This document shows, one piece after another, positions 14,804 to 33,323 of a DNA stretch of 64,000 nt. Made by a program: the position numbers and the translations under genes. The notes under the pieces are model-generated. The model saw nothing but the letters and a program-made list of their open reading frames with translations, was not told the DNA's origin and ran no database searches. The stretch comes from Chrysomallon squamiferum (taxonomy: Eukaryota > Animalia > Mollusca), in the NCBI GenBank assembly GCA_012295275.1, contig CM022669.1:310001-374000 (forward strand), in the 5' to 3' direction. Each line of letters starts with the position of its first letter. Position 1 is the first letter of the stretch.

Positions 14804-16839
14804 AACAATTTAACATTTAATGCCTGATTAACTTTAATTTAAAATTAATAAATTAAATTTTCAATTTTTTATTTTATGTTATATTGTTATGGCAATGAAT
14901 GATATGTAAATATAGCAGCAATGTTGTTGATTTTTTTCACTGTATGCACAGAAGTATATTGTTATAAAGGAACAAATGTTCTTTGTTTCATTTATAAATT
15001 TATAAAGATGTGAACAAACAAAAAATATATATATATACATAATTAGTTAATTTTATTATTATAAATTTTTACAATTGGTATTATAATTGATATTGTGATT
15101 GTTTTTATTATTTTCTGGTTGTTATTTTAACAGATCATGTTTAGGATCATGGCCAGCTTTTGTCCTCTCTCTGCTTGTAATTGGTATTTTAACAGCTTTT
15201 GTAGAACAGGTAACTTATTTTATTATTAATATTATTATTATTATTATTTTTCTACTATTACATCATCACAATTGTTATTATATAATTATTATTTATAGAT
15301 TGTTGTTATTGATATTAATATTATTTCATGCATTAGCAATGAACTATTGTTTTCATAAAAAGGATTGTTTTGTAACAAAAAATTAAATAATTTGAATTTC
15401 CTTTTTAAATCATTTTTAAAAACATGGCTGACTTAGTTAAGCAGCAGATAAATATGTCCAAATTATTCTTTAACTTCTGTTCAAAATGTTTTCTAAAGAA
15501 TAATAATTTCTTTTGCTTCTAGCTTGGACATTTATTAGGATGTGTGGTTGGCTTGGAAACGAGTGTGACTGGTATTACTATTATTGCTTTGGGAACCAGT
15601 GTACCAGACACATTTGCCAGCCGCACAGCCGCGCGCCAGGATGAGTACGCCGATGCTGCTATAGGCAATGTGACAGGTATGTTACTGTTGTTACTGTTGT
15701 TCAGTTCTAAGATGATTTAGATTGCTAAATTATTATTACAACTTGGTAAACACATCTTTATATGATTAATTTTTGCATTTTGTTTTTCTATATAAAATAA
15801 GTTGTTTTTTAGGGAAGGTTTTTTTGGAGGGGATTGTTTTTTCTATTTTATAATAATAATAGAATTTTTGTTTTCCAGAAATTGCTATTCACTAAGTAAT
15901 ATAATATATATTTTAATTAATATTAATTATTTTGTAATTATAAAAAAAATATGTTTATAAGTAAGTTTACATTGTTAATTGTAACTACAAAAAAAAACCA
16001 ACAAAAAGAAAACATATCTTTTAAATGTGTACACTTTTTTATATTTTATATTTCTGTTTGTGAGTATCAAAAGTTACTTTTTTACGTTTCATAATGTAAC
16101 AAGAAATCTACTTGTTCTCATTAATTTTAACAAATGTTTTAGAAAATAATTTCTGTTTAAACTAGCCAAACTTATTTATGCTTATAGATGTCACTGCTGT
16201 GTTTGTAATGATGACTAATGATAATATTTGTCTATATCATTTCAGGAAGTAACAGTGTCAATGTTTTCCTAGGTCTCGGCATTCCATGGGTTATTCGAGC
16301 ATTGCATGCTTTGGCTAATGGAAAACAGTTCAGGGTGAAAACCACCAACTTAATAGAGGGTGTGATTATCTTCTCTGTGTGTGGAACTTTGTGTATAATC
16401 CTACTGTTACTACGAAGAAAGGTAAATTGAAGGAAATAAATATGTGTTGATATAAAAATATAATATAGTTTGCTTGTATAGTTTTTCTAAGATAATATAT
16501 GAATTTATACAAGACATTTAAATATTTAAACATTTTTGGCCATTAAAGGCACTTTATTTACAGTTTATGTGACATTATTATATTAAAATCAGTTGATACT
16601 TTTTCTGTAATTTTGGGTTTATTTATTCCAAAAAAGTAACATTTTCTTTTTCCTTTCAAATGCTAGCAAAATTAAATAATCCTGGCATTCATTATAAAAA
16701 AATTCTTTTTCAGTTTGTTGGAGGGGAGCTAGGTGGTGAGAAAGCTCTCCCAAAGTATCTGAGTGGTGCTTTCCTCTTCCTACTCTGGCTTATCTATGTT
16801 GTAATCTCAAGTTTAAAGGCTTACAACATCATTCTGTAA
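7099..16839 (+). CDS. Sodium/calcium exchanger (SLC8/NCX family), 3' part: intracellular loop, Calx-beta domains CBD1 and CBD2, alpha-2 repeat and C-terminal TM helices; 5' exons not found in the window
   Basis: Phase-consistent GT-AG exons: 7099-7241, 7662-7761, 8958-8982, 9239-9418, 9785-9947, 10624-10747, 10875-11004, 11426-11516, 13982-14063, 14453-14575, 15134-15209, 15523-15676, 16246-16421, 16714-16839 (TAA). Motifs: [34 protein letters not shown] (Calx-beta); [23 protein letters not shown]; alpha-2 repeat [12 protein letters not shown]...[24 protein letters not shown]; terminal GGELGG...[14 protein letters not shown]. The paralog cannot be assigned. Confidence 0.93.
8545..8840 (+). 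repeat. Degenerate minisatellite (ctgctaagtatactgtataata-like)
   Basis: Recurrent gctaagta.actg.ataata and ccatat units. Confidence 0.7.
8958..8982 (+). CDS. 25-nt microexon of the NCX gene (L-PKNTVNIM)
   Basis: ttttcag acceptor and gtaggt donor. It converts the phase-2 end of exon 7662-7761 to the phase-0 start of exon 9239-9418. Confidence 0.75.
9028..9041. promoter_or_regulatory. Perfect palindromic RFX X-box GTTGCCATGGCAAC (intronic)
   Basis: Exact 14-bp match to the RFX consensus. Function is untested. Confidence 0.5.
9116..9252 (+). repeat. Tandem triplication (~50 bp) of an NCX intron-exon acceptor junction
   Basis: Three copies of tgttattgttttgtgac..ag(g)ac.ag, with AGs ending at 9137, 9190 and 9238. 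Confidence 0.85.
11005..11155 (+). repeat. Degenerate ~33-bp repeat abutting an NCX donor
   Basis: Recurrent cacctacaaaaca.ttgta.act.aa units immediately after the donor at 11005. Confidence 0.6.
12510..12730 (+). repeat. 15-bp minisatellite (gacatacatcactgt-like), about 14 copies, in an NCX intron
   Basis: Directly visible. It explains the spurious ORFs 12400-12768 and 12470-12814. Confidence 0.9.
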
Positions 16840-18045
16840 TCAGTTTTCTCAAGTCAACATAGATATCTCCCTAACTGCAGTTATCACCCGTTGTGTTAAT
16901 ATTCATTAAAACATGGAGTTTGGTATAATTAACTTCACAGCTGCAGTTATATATATATATATAAATTGTTAATATTCTTGGAATCTGACTAGTTATCTTT
17001 AAAGTTGCAATTATTTTTTTCCATCAACATTCTTTAAAATAATACGGAGTCTGATTGTTATCTCTCCAGTTACAGTTATCTTCCTATTTTAAATTAATAT
17101 TCTTTAAAATGTGGATCACAAAGCTATGGCTGTTGAAATACAGACATGAACTTATATTTTTTTAGAGTTTTGTATTATTCTTAATTATGCTTAGAAAATA
17201 AGTGTGTATGTGAGCTGGAAGAGACTCTGTATAGACAAAGATTTATTTAAGTAAATAATGACTTGTGACTTCAGTGAGTGGAATTTATCAATAGTGAAAA
17301 TGATGTTATACTTTATTTAATTACTATGATACGTTGTTAAATTCAAATGCCAGTACTACAGATTTTGACACCAATTTGTTAAAGAAAAATCTGATACCAC
17401 AGAGTTTAATACCAGGAAATGATAATACTAATGTCTTTAATGTTAAGACATTTCATATTACTAAACTTTAATACTTCAAACTTTAATATCAACAAATATT
17501 ACAAACTAATATACAAGGAGCTAAACTACATTAATATCAGGTCATTTTGTAAATTGTAAACCCTAATTCCTAAAAACTCTAATTTTAATCACCTAAAAAC
17601 TCAATAATAAAAACAGTAATGGTTAGAAACTCCAGGTCTGCAAATTTTTAATGTCTGGACAATGTCTACTAATACAAAATAACAGGATAATCTAATATTA
17701 AACTTTTAACGCAGGAAGTTCTAATTATTTTATTATAAAGAAATGAAAGAATACAGTGAATAATTGACTGAACCTCAGGATAGACAGCAATAATTGTAAT
17801 ACAAATTGTTATATGTCTTACTTGCCACACTACATCTGTCAGTTACTATATGTTTGTTACAATATTTTAAATGTTAGTTTACATATTTTATGTGTTGGTT
17901 GCAACATATTGTGTCTTAATTAACACATTTTTATGCTTGTTTCCCAGTTTTATATATCTTTTATCACATTTGATGTGTTTGTTATAAGATTATATGTATT
18001 AGTTATTAGGTTTTGTCACCAGTTACTCTGAAAAAAGCTTGCTGA

Positions 18046-18117
<72 letters not shown>

Positions 18118-21100
18118 CTGGAAGGACAAATCAATTCTATTTTATTACAGCACTTCTACAAATACCTTTATTTTTAGTACTGTTTGTTAAAGCATGATAT
18201 CATTTGTAGGTACATGTCACAAGATCGTGGTGTGTTGCCATAGTTATAAGCTTGCCTAATAATTATTTAGAAATGTAGTTTATCATTTGAAAGTGGCATT
18301 TGTAATTATTATTCTGATTTTGTGGTTTACTTTCAATGCATGATCAGTCATTGTAGATATTTGTGTGACTTGGTCAAGTTTTACTATTTTTATTTTTTAA
18401 TGATTTAGTTTTTAGCAGAAAAAAAAGAAGAAATTAATGTTTAATAAATGAGCAATTGTGATACTGTATGTCTGTGTGCAATAGATTAGAATATATACAC
18501 ACACATATATAAAATTAGATAAATACAAATGTTGTTCTGTGATACTTTTTATGGTTTCTACTAATTTATATAGTTTTTGTTTGAAAAGTTTCAAAGTTTA
18601 TTTTAATGTAAATGTTTTAAAATGTAGTGGTATCTAGTACCTTTTTTATTTAAAATATTTTTTGTCAATTTGGATAATTTATGTAAAATAATTTAAATGT
18701 TTTGATTTAATATATTGTAGTTGAAAATATTTTTCTTAGATGCTTTATTTATAGAATAATAAATAATGTAAATACTTGCAGAAACACAATTAATTTGAGG
18801 TTATAAAATGTTATTTTTATTTTTACACAATTCATTTTAATTTTGGGATACATTAAATTTTTAAATGTTAAAATAAAAGATATAAAAAGTTTTGTTTTTT
18901 TCTGACCTAAAATATATATATATATTAATAATGACAATAAATAAGTAAATATATATACAAATAATCAAAATAATTAAATTTTATACACATGCATACATAC
19001 AAAGATATATATATATATATATAAACGAATGTATTTATATAATGAAAATTAGATAATAATAAGATACATATTATTTTGATAAGAAATTTAAAGAAAAAAT
19101 GAAGAAAACGTTTATTTGCTTTTATCTAATTTTTACTTTTTAACCACATTTTTATAAAAATTATATTTTAATATAAAATTCATAACAGAATTAGATTAAT
19201 TCCAGCAATGTTCTTTTTTGGATATTAAATCTTTGTCATGTTTTGCTGGTAGAGGTTTAATTAAAACCAGTAACAGATTGTTAACGGACCATTACTTGCA
19301 TAACTGAGCTTATTTCATGTAGACAATTTTCACTGATTATTTTTGCTAGTAATATTTATTTATTATTACTTTATTATTTTAATTTGTAAAGTATAGAAAT
19401 ATGTACATAGATGTGAGTGTATGTTAATATGCATGAGGCAATTTAAAAAATATGTATATTCTATTTTCACATGAAAATATGTAAAATAGTGTAACTTATA
19501 CTGTACATAATTTTAGTGTAAGCTCAAATATCTTATCGAGGCCAAAATAGGAGTGCATTGGAGATGTGGAGTAAAAACGTTTTTATTTTTACAGCTATCT
19601 AGTAAAAATGTAATTGTTTTACTGTTTATATAGCCCAAAGGTAACTTTTCTATACTTAGAGTAAATTTACGTTTAATAGCATAAAAAACTGTATTCAAAG
19701 TTAAAATAGTAATAATGTAACACATAATTAGCTTACAAAAAAAAATAAAATAAAATAAAAAAATTATAAATCATGTTGAAAAAACTAAATGTTTCAGTTA
19801 ATGTATAAATGTGTAATGCAAAAAAAAGAAAAGTAAATACAGCTAAAATGCTAAGAATATAAAAGTTAATAAAAAAAATGTATTTCTGTTCTGTTAAAGT
19901 GGTCGTTTACTGTTTAAAAGAAAATGTTTTTACTCTGTAAAAGTAGTATTATATGTATATATTACAGTTTTATTCTTTTTCTTTCTCACCTTTTTTTTTT
20001 TTTTTTTTGTGGGAAATTGTAATGGATTTTCCTTGCTTTAACAAAAGATATTTTGTCAGTAATTCTTACAGCATTCTTTATACTTCTTATTTTGGGAAAA
20101 TATATTTTGTTTGCTTCTTTAACAATTATTTGTTTCATAAACTTATAAACTTATTAACATAAATATTACATTTTACTGTTTATTTTTGATATATTTCAGG
20201 TGATTTATTTACAAGAATATACCTTTATTTATTTATTTATTTATTTATTTACTTTTTGTGGATCTCTTAAAAAGATATATATAAAATAATTGTTTTTTTT
20301 ATTATTTTTTATTTCAGTGCTGTATCATTATTATTTTTTTTTTTTTGGTTTAATATACCAATTTTTGTTTTTAATATGATTATTGATCAATAATCAGTGA
20401 GCCTGTATTGACAAATTTTCATTTCTTGCATATTTTCATTCCACCTGATCTTTACAACCCTCATTCCCCACTCTCCCCGAACTGTTTTAATAAATCTACA
20501 ATTAACTGTTTTTGCCACTTCTCACAACCCACAATGTGTAATAAAGATTTCTAATAAACTGATTCTGTTTTATCTTTTTTTAAAACCTACATGAATAAAA
20601 GAATTAACACACTCGATATTATGTCTTTTAAAATTAATATATTTTTTTAAAGTATGTTATTGGTTTTTTGTAATAAACTGAAATATGTTTGTTATGATAG
20701 ATTATTATAATAAAAAAAAATATATAAAAATGTATAAAAAGTAATTTTAAAAAAGAAGAAAAGTAATAAAAATAATATAAGAAAAAACTTGCTGGAAAAT
20801 TAGTTAGGTTCACAGGTCTTGTTATAGCAATTCTGATATAAGAAAAAATAATTTGAACAGTTTATTACTAGTTATTTTTTTTGGTTAGAATTAATAAAAG
20901 TTGTAAAGTTATTTTAGTTTCTTACATACTGTTGATTACAGGTATATTATATAAAATATAATAAATATGAACGTTCAAATATAAATAAATACATGTATAA
21001 AACTTCGTGAAAATGGGTTTTGGGGTTAATTAGTAAAAATAAAATGTTTTATTACAATTTGACCATTTCATAACAAATTTGCAATTCACTAAGAAAAGTA

Positions 21101-22926
21101 AAGACATTGTTACATAACAGATTGAAGTAACAGACTTGTTAGAACTAATAAAGTTTTTTGTTCTTTTTACCAACTCAACAGATTCGGTAACTTAAAAATT
21201 AAAAATAATAAAAATTTAATCCAGTAAATATTGTTATATACAAATAATTGCATTGCTAAAATGAATTCATTGTTATATTTACTATTAATTTATTTCTTAG
21301 TTCTTTTTCAATATATACACAGACTCAGAAATGACAAATATTTTATAATTTGATAAACAGTTTAATGCAAACTAATGCATTACAGGAAGTTACTAAATCT
21401 AAATGTGTATGAATTGGTCTTGTTGTATTTAGTTAGGATTATAAATTGTTACAATTATGTAAAGTGAAAACAGGAAAACTAATTTATTACAGTTCAAATT
21501 TAATATGAAATGACACTTTTAAGAATATATGAATTTCTGTTATAATTAATAAATTCTGGTAATAATAAAAGTTGTACTGGTGATTTTTTACTTTTTGAAC
21601 ACATATGGTCTACAGCAGTTTAGAAATAATGAAAAGGAAAAAGAATAATCATTGATAAATGTAGTTTACTGTAAGATGCCACTTATAGGAATTGCAGTGT
21701 GAAAATTCAAATATTTATGGTCACAACAAAATGAAGAAACTGACTTTTCTTCAGGTTTACATAAAACATCAATATTAAAATGCTCATTGTTGATTTTTTA
21801 TTTGTTGTGTGAGAGAAGCATGTGCTTGCTACGTGTGGAAGTCATTAAGATTCATTGCGTATGTGTATTAAATATTTACATATTTATCATATATAAAATA
21901 AGATGGTAAAAACAGCTACAAGGTTTTTGCAATCTAATATAGCTGGAAAGCACATAACACATCCTGTTCATTCAATGATGTTTGTATGTAAAAAAACAAA
22001 ACAATATAATTTAAAAATGATTATGTAAACAAACACAAAAAACAAGAAAATGGGAAATAGATGATTTTATTTTAAAAAGCCAGTGGCTGAAACCAGGATC
22101 TATATAAGAGGCCTTGGCCAGATATTGTTTACAAAAAGTAGATATAGAATGTATACTACAAGCAAATATATATAAAAAAAAAAATAATACAAGATCAGTA
22201 ATATCTGCGATTACATTTACATAAAAACAGTTGTTCATTTATAAAGAATTATAAAAATTTTTCATTTTTCAATTTCTGCAAAAGAGAAAGGAGAACATGG
22301 GAAGTATGTATAAGAAATACAGCTAGAACTCCACAACAGGATCAAACTACCTGTAGAACAAGCATACAGATATTTAAAAAAAAAGTTTATAATCAATTAT
22401 CTTTGAGAAAATAAATACATGTACAGTTTGACCGCATGCATCTTTAGTCTAATCTACTCTACTGGATTTACTGTATGTGATGTAGTTCAACAGCAAACAT
22501 TACTGCTTCCTGATTGTTCAATGAGATGGTCAGGTTGGAAAAAAGTTGTTGGAAGATTGAAGCAAACAATGTTTCAATTATTATTATTCAGAGAATGACC
22601 TTGCAGTATTACAATCCATGGTTGCTGATTGTAGCATTTCCATAAGCCAAAAATACATGAAGACAAAATAACAAGTCAGTTTTTATGTTGGGATTTACAT
22701 CCCTTAACTTAGACATGTCTGATACCTAGGGTTACATCCCTTGTTTCTAAGTGTTCTCCTTGATGCCAATATTTAATTCTCTTGACACTGAGTTATCTCA
22801 TTACTGGTTAATAACCAGCCATAACCAAATTTAATTTTCGAAACCTGCAAAGTGTATTTTGTTCATTTTGTACAGTTATCATGCCTTCTAGTATTTTTGG
22901 CCGAGCTGAAATGCAATGTCTTTGTA

Positions 22927-22959
<33 letters not shown>

Positions 22960-23140
22960 GAAAGGTGCAAGCAAGAAATATATTTGTAAATGTTCGATTT
23001 TTGGTCTTTTACTTTTCTTCCTTTTTTCGTAAAGTTTATTTTGCTTCGTACACACACTCAAAACAACAGGCAGAAGACACAGGCACCGAGAGATTAAGTT
23101 TACAACATGATTTTTCCAAAAACCAATAACATTTTTAAAC

Positions 23141-23172
<32 letters not shown>

Positions 23173-23227
23173 CATAGCCTACAAAAATGTAATGGCTGTA
23201 TGACCACAGGGCAGAAATTTTTTTTTC

Positions 23228-28698
<5,471 letters not shown>

Positions 28699-29389
28699 CT
28701 AAAATAAAAAAGGTTTACACAGAATAATAAAGATTCTTATTTTTTTTAAATTTCCACATCTTCGAAATCTTCATTATCATCCACTGCAGGGATAAAATAT
28801 AATAAAAAACATCTTCAGAAAATGCATTTTTACATCTGTATAAAAAGAAAAAAATGTTATGCGTTTAATTGTTTTTTTTTTTTTTTTAGGGAGGGGGTTT
28901 TGGTTTTTTTTTTTTATTATTCCTGCAACTGTATGAAGTGGCCACCTGTGTACTGAAGAAGCTAAAACAGTCTGGATATTTTGGAGAGGTTGGGAATATC
29001 TTGCTGCCTAACCGTAATAATTTTATTCAGTATCATCTAAAACATTATATTAATTTATTGACTTATTTTATTTGTAAACTGCTCTATTGATGGGTTTTTT
29101 CATCTTTTATTTACTCTACAAATGTTTATAATTTTGGTATTCTGTAAATCTCTGAAAGACAGTAATGAAATATGTGAAGATGAAAAACTAATGAAGCAAA
29201 AAGACTGGCTGGGTGGAATCAGTTAAAAAGAATATTTGTCTTAACATTTTATTACAAACCATCAGTCTAGATAAAAACCAACAGAAAAGGAAACAGACAC
29301 AAAGTTAGTTCAGTAATCAAGAGTAACTCTATATAATAACAAAGCATAACTTAATACAGTTATATATACACAATTACTTTAACAGTGTC

Positions 29390-29510
29390 ATAAAAGTAAA
29401 CAAGCATAAGTGAATAAGATAACTAATGTAACTGAAAACTGTAACCAATTACAGTAATCAAATGTAACTGAATACTGTAACTAATTACAGTAAACAAATG
29501 TAACTAGTAG
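29390..29510 (+). repeat. Short ~35-bp tandem repeat in a tropomyosin intron
   Basis: aatgtaactgaa.actgtaac.aattacagtaa repeated 2-3 times. Confidence 0.7.
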
Positions 29511-30372
29511 AACAGAGCAAAATTTAAATCCTTTCAGCTTTTATGAAAAACTAGAGTTAAAAAGTAACTTCACTACAGAAAGAGTATGATATATTATGTC
29601 CTGTCCATCATTGTTATTTAAGGTTACAGCAAGGTCTAGTTCATTTTCAAAACAGAACGTTTTGCTTCTGAACATATGTACAGAAAGATCCAGAGATATA
29701 TAAATCTTGTGTAACAAAAAATAATTTAATGATAAACTGCTTAGTGCACACTTGGTTTAATAATCCATAAATCTGTTATGAAGATTTACCCCAAATCTTT
29801 TATTTTTACAAAAACAGATATTAAAAAATGTTTTAAAATTTAGAAATTATCTGAATTAAAATAGTGGTCTAAGAAGTTAACAAATTTCAGAAAGCAACAA
29901 ATTAAGAAAATGATAATGAATTTAAAAAAAATTAGTTGTCACGCTTACATTGTCATGCAAATTAGAAAATTGTTCACGCAATTAACTAAACTGACTAATG
30001 GGTCAATAAAGTTATGGGTTCATTTGTTACACCCATTTTAAAATAGTTTACTACTTTATTTTTTTAATTTTGTAACACAGAAATTAAGTTTCAGAAGAAA
30101 GAGAAGTGCATGCAAATTTTTAAATTTATTTACATTGAGAAAATAAAATTTGGACATGGCACAAAAAAGTGTTAGTTGGCCAGTATCTTCACGTACTTCA
30201 TTTACATGTTAATATTTTCATCTACTGCACATGCACTGTTGATGCCAGTTACTAAATCTACCTCAACAAAATTAAATATTGATAAAATTATCGTAATTGT
30301 ACAACAGGTCAATAATAAATATACAGGACAAGTCCCTCCCATCAGCCTTAAAATAGTTTGTTGACATAAAAT

Positions 30373-30572
30373 NNNNNNNNNNNNNNNNNNNNNNNNNNNN
30401 NNNNNNNNNNNNNNNNNNNNNNNNNNNNNNNNNNNNNNNNNNNNNNNNNNNNNNNNNNNNNNNNNNNNNNNNNNNNNNNNNNNNNNNNNNNNNNNNNNNN
30501 NNNNNNNNNNNNNNNNNNNNNNNNNNNNNNNNNNNNNNNNNNNNNNNNNNNNNNNNNNNNNNNNNNNNNNNN
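30373..30572. other. Assembly gap (200 N, placeholder size)
   Basis: Exactly 200 N. Genes on both sides lack their 5' exons. Confidence 0.99.
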
Positions 30573-30599
30573 TATTGCGTGCGCTAAATAACGATGACG

Positions 30600-30654
<55 letters not shown>

Positions 30655-30989
30655 TGATAATAATAATAAATGAAAAAAAGAATAAATAAAATAAAATATG
30701 TAAAATTTAAAATAAAAACATGGCAAAAAAAATAAGATAAAAACATGAGGAACAAAAAAAATAAAAAGAAAGAAAAAGAATAAAAAAAAAAAAAAAAAAA
30801 ACATAATGAAAGAAAATAAAAGAAAAAGAAAGAAATACAAAAAATAAAAAATAAAGCGCTGGCAGTATTCGATCTTCTTGTTCTTCTTCTACTCAAAGAA
30901 AGAAAGAAAGAAAGAAAGAAAGCGCCATGCGTGTGTGTTTGTGCATCTACGGTACTGTACTGTACTATAATAATAATAATACTAATAAT

Positions 30990-31028
<39 letters not shown>

Positions 31029-31329
31029 TAGTAGTAGCGGTAATGATAATAATAGAAAGGTTTCGTACTTATCCTGTGTTCACGAGTCATTTTGCACGAA
31101 ATTAGCGTTATTGCTGTTGTTGTTGTTGGTGGTGGTGGAGATGGTGCTGCTGCTGCTGTTGTTTTTGTTGTTGTGAACAGCATTTCGTCTTTCGTGGTGA
31201 TGGACAGTAAAGAGTCACTGTCAATAATTTTTTATTTTTTTATTTTATTATTTTTTATTCTTAATTTTTTTGCAGTGTTTAAGGCGAAATTGACATCGTT
31301 AGGGAGTACCGAGACCCAATTTCCTAACA

Positions 31330-31470
31330 TTCATCTCACCGTTGCCATGGGAACCGATCTCAGCTCAGCTCCGTTCGGCTACACTCGGGTAGGGTCGGGT
31401 CGGGTCGACTGCACTCCACTCGGCGGACGAGAGAAAAAGAAAAAAGCCGTCGGGCTTCATCCGTCCACTG
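31330..31470 (-). promoter_or_regulatory. CpG-rich promoter-like patch with an X-box; possible first exon (ATG GCA ACG|gtgaga) on the minus strand
   Basis: GC/CpG-rich patch, GTTGCCATGGGAAC at 31341-31354, and minus-strand cccATGGCAACG followed by a good donor at 31339. Confidence 0.3.
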
Positions 31471-31504
31471 CCTATTATTATTACTGTTGTTGTTGTTGTT
31501 GTTG

Positions 31505-31570
<66 letters not shown>

Positions 31571-32009
31571 TTTTAAGTTCATTAGTCACTATTTGGGATA
31601 AACGATGAAAATTCTGTAAATAAGCAATGTGAGAATTCAGCTCAAAGAAAAAGATTTTTACTTATAAAAGTGGAACTTAATAAAAATATAGGTGATGCTC
31701 TATAATGGACCCAGTGTAATTTATACATTCCAGGTTTACTGGTACCAGCCTTTCCTAGTAATAAAGTATAACAATATTTTCAAAAGTGGGTCTCGGAACT
31801 CACTCTTGATGTCAATATCACCTTAGAGACTGCAGAAAAAAAATAAAACAACAACAATAACAAAAACAATAACAACAACAATAACAATAACAATAACAAT
31901 AACAATAACAATAACAACAACTCCGGACTGATCAAACCCGAAGGTATTTCCCTTCCTCCCGTACGCCGAGCCGAGTGCGTGCTGAGCGGGCGAACAGGTA
32001 AGGAAATAA

Positions 32010-32790
32010 CAACAATAAATTCCGTGATCTCAATACAATCCGGAAGTTCCAGCAGACCAGACCTGCTCAGCAAAATACAACAACTACACGAGGACATACA
32101 ACACAACAAGAAACAACTAACCATCAAGTGGCTCCCAGCACACGTCAGCATCATCGGCAACGAACTTGCCGACCACTACGCCAAAGAGTCACTCAGCATT
32201 AAAGACGAAGACATCTGCACAGACATACATTACGGAATAAACGAAATTGTCTCCATCGCTGCCAAACATTACGACAAACAATGGCAAAACGAATGGAACA
32301 ACACCAAAAACAAATGGCACTTAAACATCAAACCATTCGCCAAAACACCCAAAATCACACTCGCCAACAAACTACACAACAACAATCTCACCAAAGCCAG
32401 AATTGGTTACTCAACCAATCTAAACGCAATTCGATACAAACATAACATCACCACATCACCCAACTGCAGTTGTGGACTCTCAGAAACCATGAAACACTAC
32501 TTGTTTCACTGTCCAAATTTTGCCAAGGAAAGACAAGCACTACGCAATACACTGGACGAACTAAAAATCGAGTTCCAGCTCCAACACATCCTGGCACCAA
32601 ACCTGAAAGACAGACAGTTAGTCCTCGCTGTATTTTAATAATTAAAAGATTATTTAGAAAGATCAAGTAACCAACTAGGCTGAATTAGTTTTGTATTATT
32701 TGTCAACGCTATTTGCTTTGATAACGTATCGTCGAATCGTACTAACTATGTAACTATATATTACCCTTGAGGGTTAATTTGTTTTAACAA
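32010..32790 (+). mobile_element. 5'-truncated non-LTR retrotransposon (RNase H-containing LINE, I/Nimb/Loa-like group), end of ORF2 plus 3' UTR
   Basis: RNase H C-terminal motif IKWLPAHVSIIGNELADHYAKES, then WQNEWN, and a CCHC knuckle CSCGLSETMKHYLFHC. The sense strand is A/C-rich. Tandem TAA TAA at 32636-32641 is followed in frame by LKDYLERSSNQLG*, suggesting decay. A (TA)n run follows. Boundaries are approximate. Confidence 0.88.
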
Positions 32791-33323
32791 CATATATATA
32801 TATATATTATACAAAAAACAATTATCCATTCTGAATTATTGTTTGTGTTGTTGTTCTCTTGTGCATACAGAATAGTCATTTAATAGTTAAGCTGTCTGAG
32901 ATAATTAACACCTTGTCACGTGATGCTATTATAGTCTGCTGCGTTTTCAGGTACTAATACAACTCAGACTAGTCACATGACATATGGCACTACCTAAAAT
33001 CCTTTAAGTTAGAAAACTTATCACCCAACTCCTTGTAATGCCAAAATTAACTGAGAGTTTCTGTCAATATTATAAAGATGATGGACTGTAATTAAGATTA
33101 AAAAAGAACAAATCACAACATAATGAACGTTTGTAATATTATGTAAAATGTTTCAATTTGACGAAAGTTGTACATTTTGAGTTTCACAAATGTCTAATTT
33201 TGAACTGTTGTCATTATCTTTGAATTCAGCTTACGTTAACACGTCACACAGCAAACTGCCTAAATAACAAGCTGGTATTTGCTTCATTAATTAAACTTTT
33301 ACCTGTGTGTGTATGAATTTCAG

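Noticed and set aside
28746-28784. Acceptor-like ccctgcag on the minus strand followed by acidic VDDNEDFEDVEI*
   Set aside because: The phase does not fit the tropomyosin junction, and it has no coiled-coil homology.
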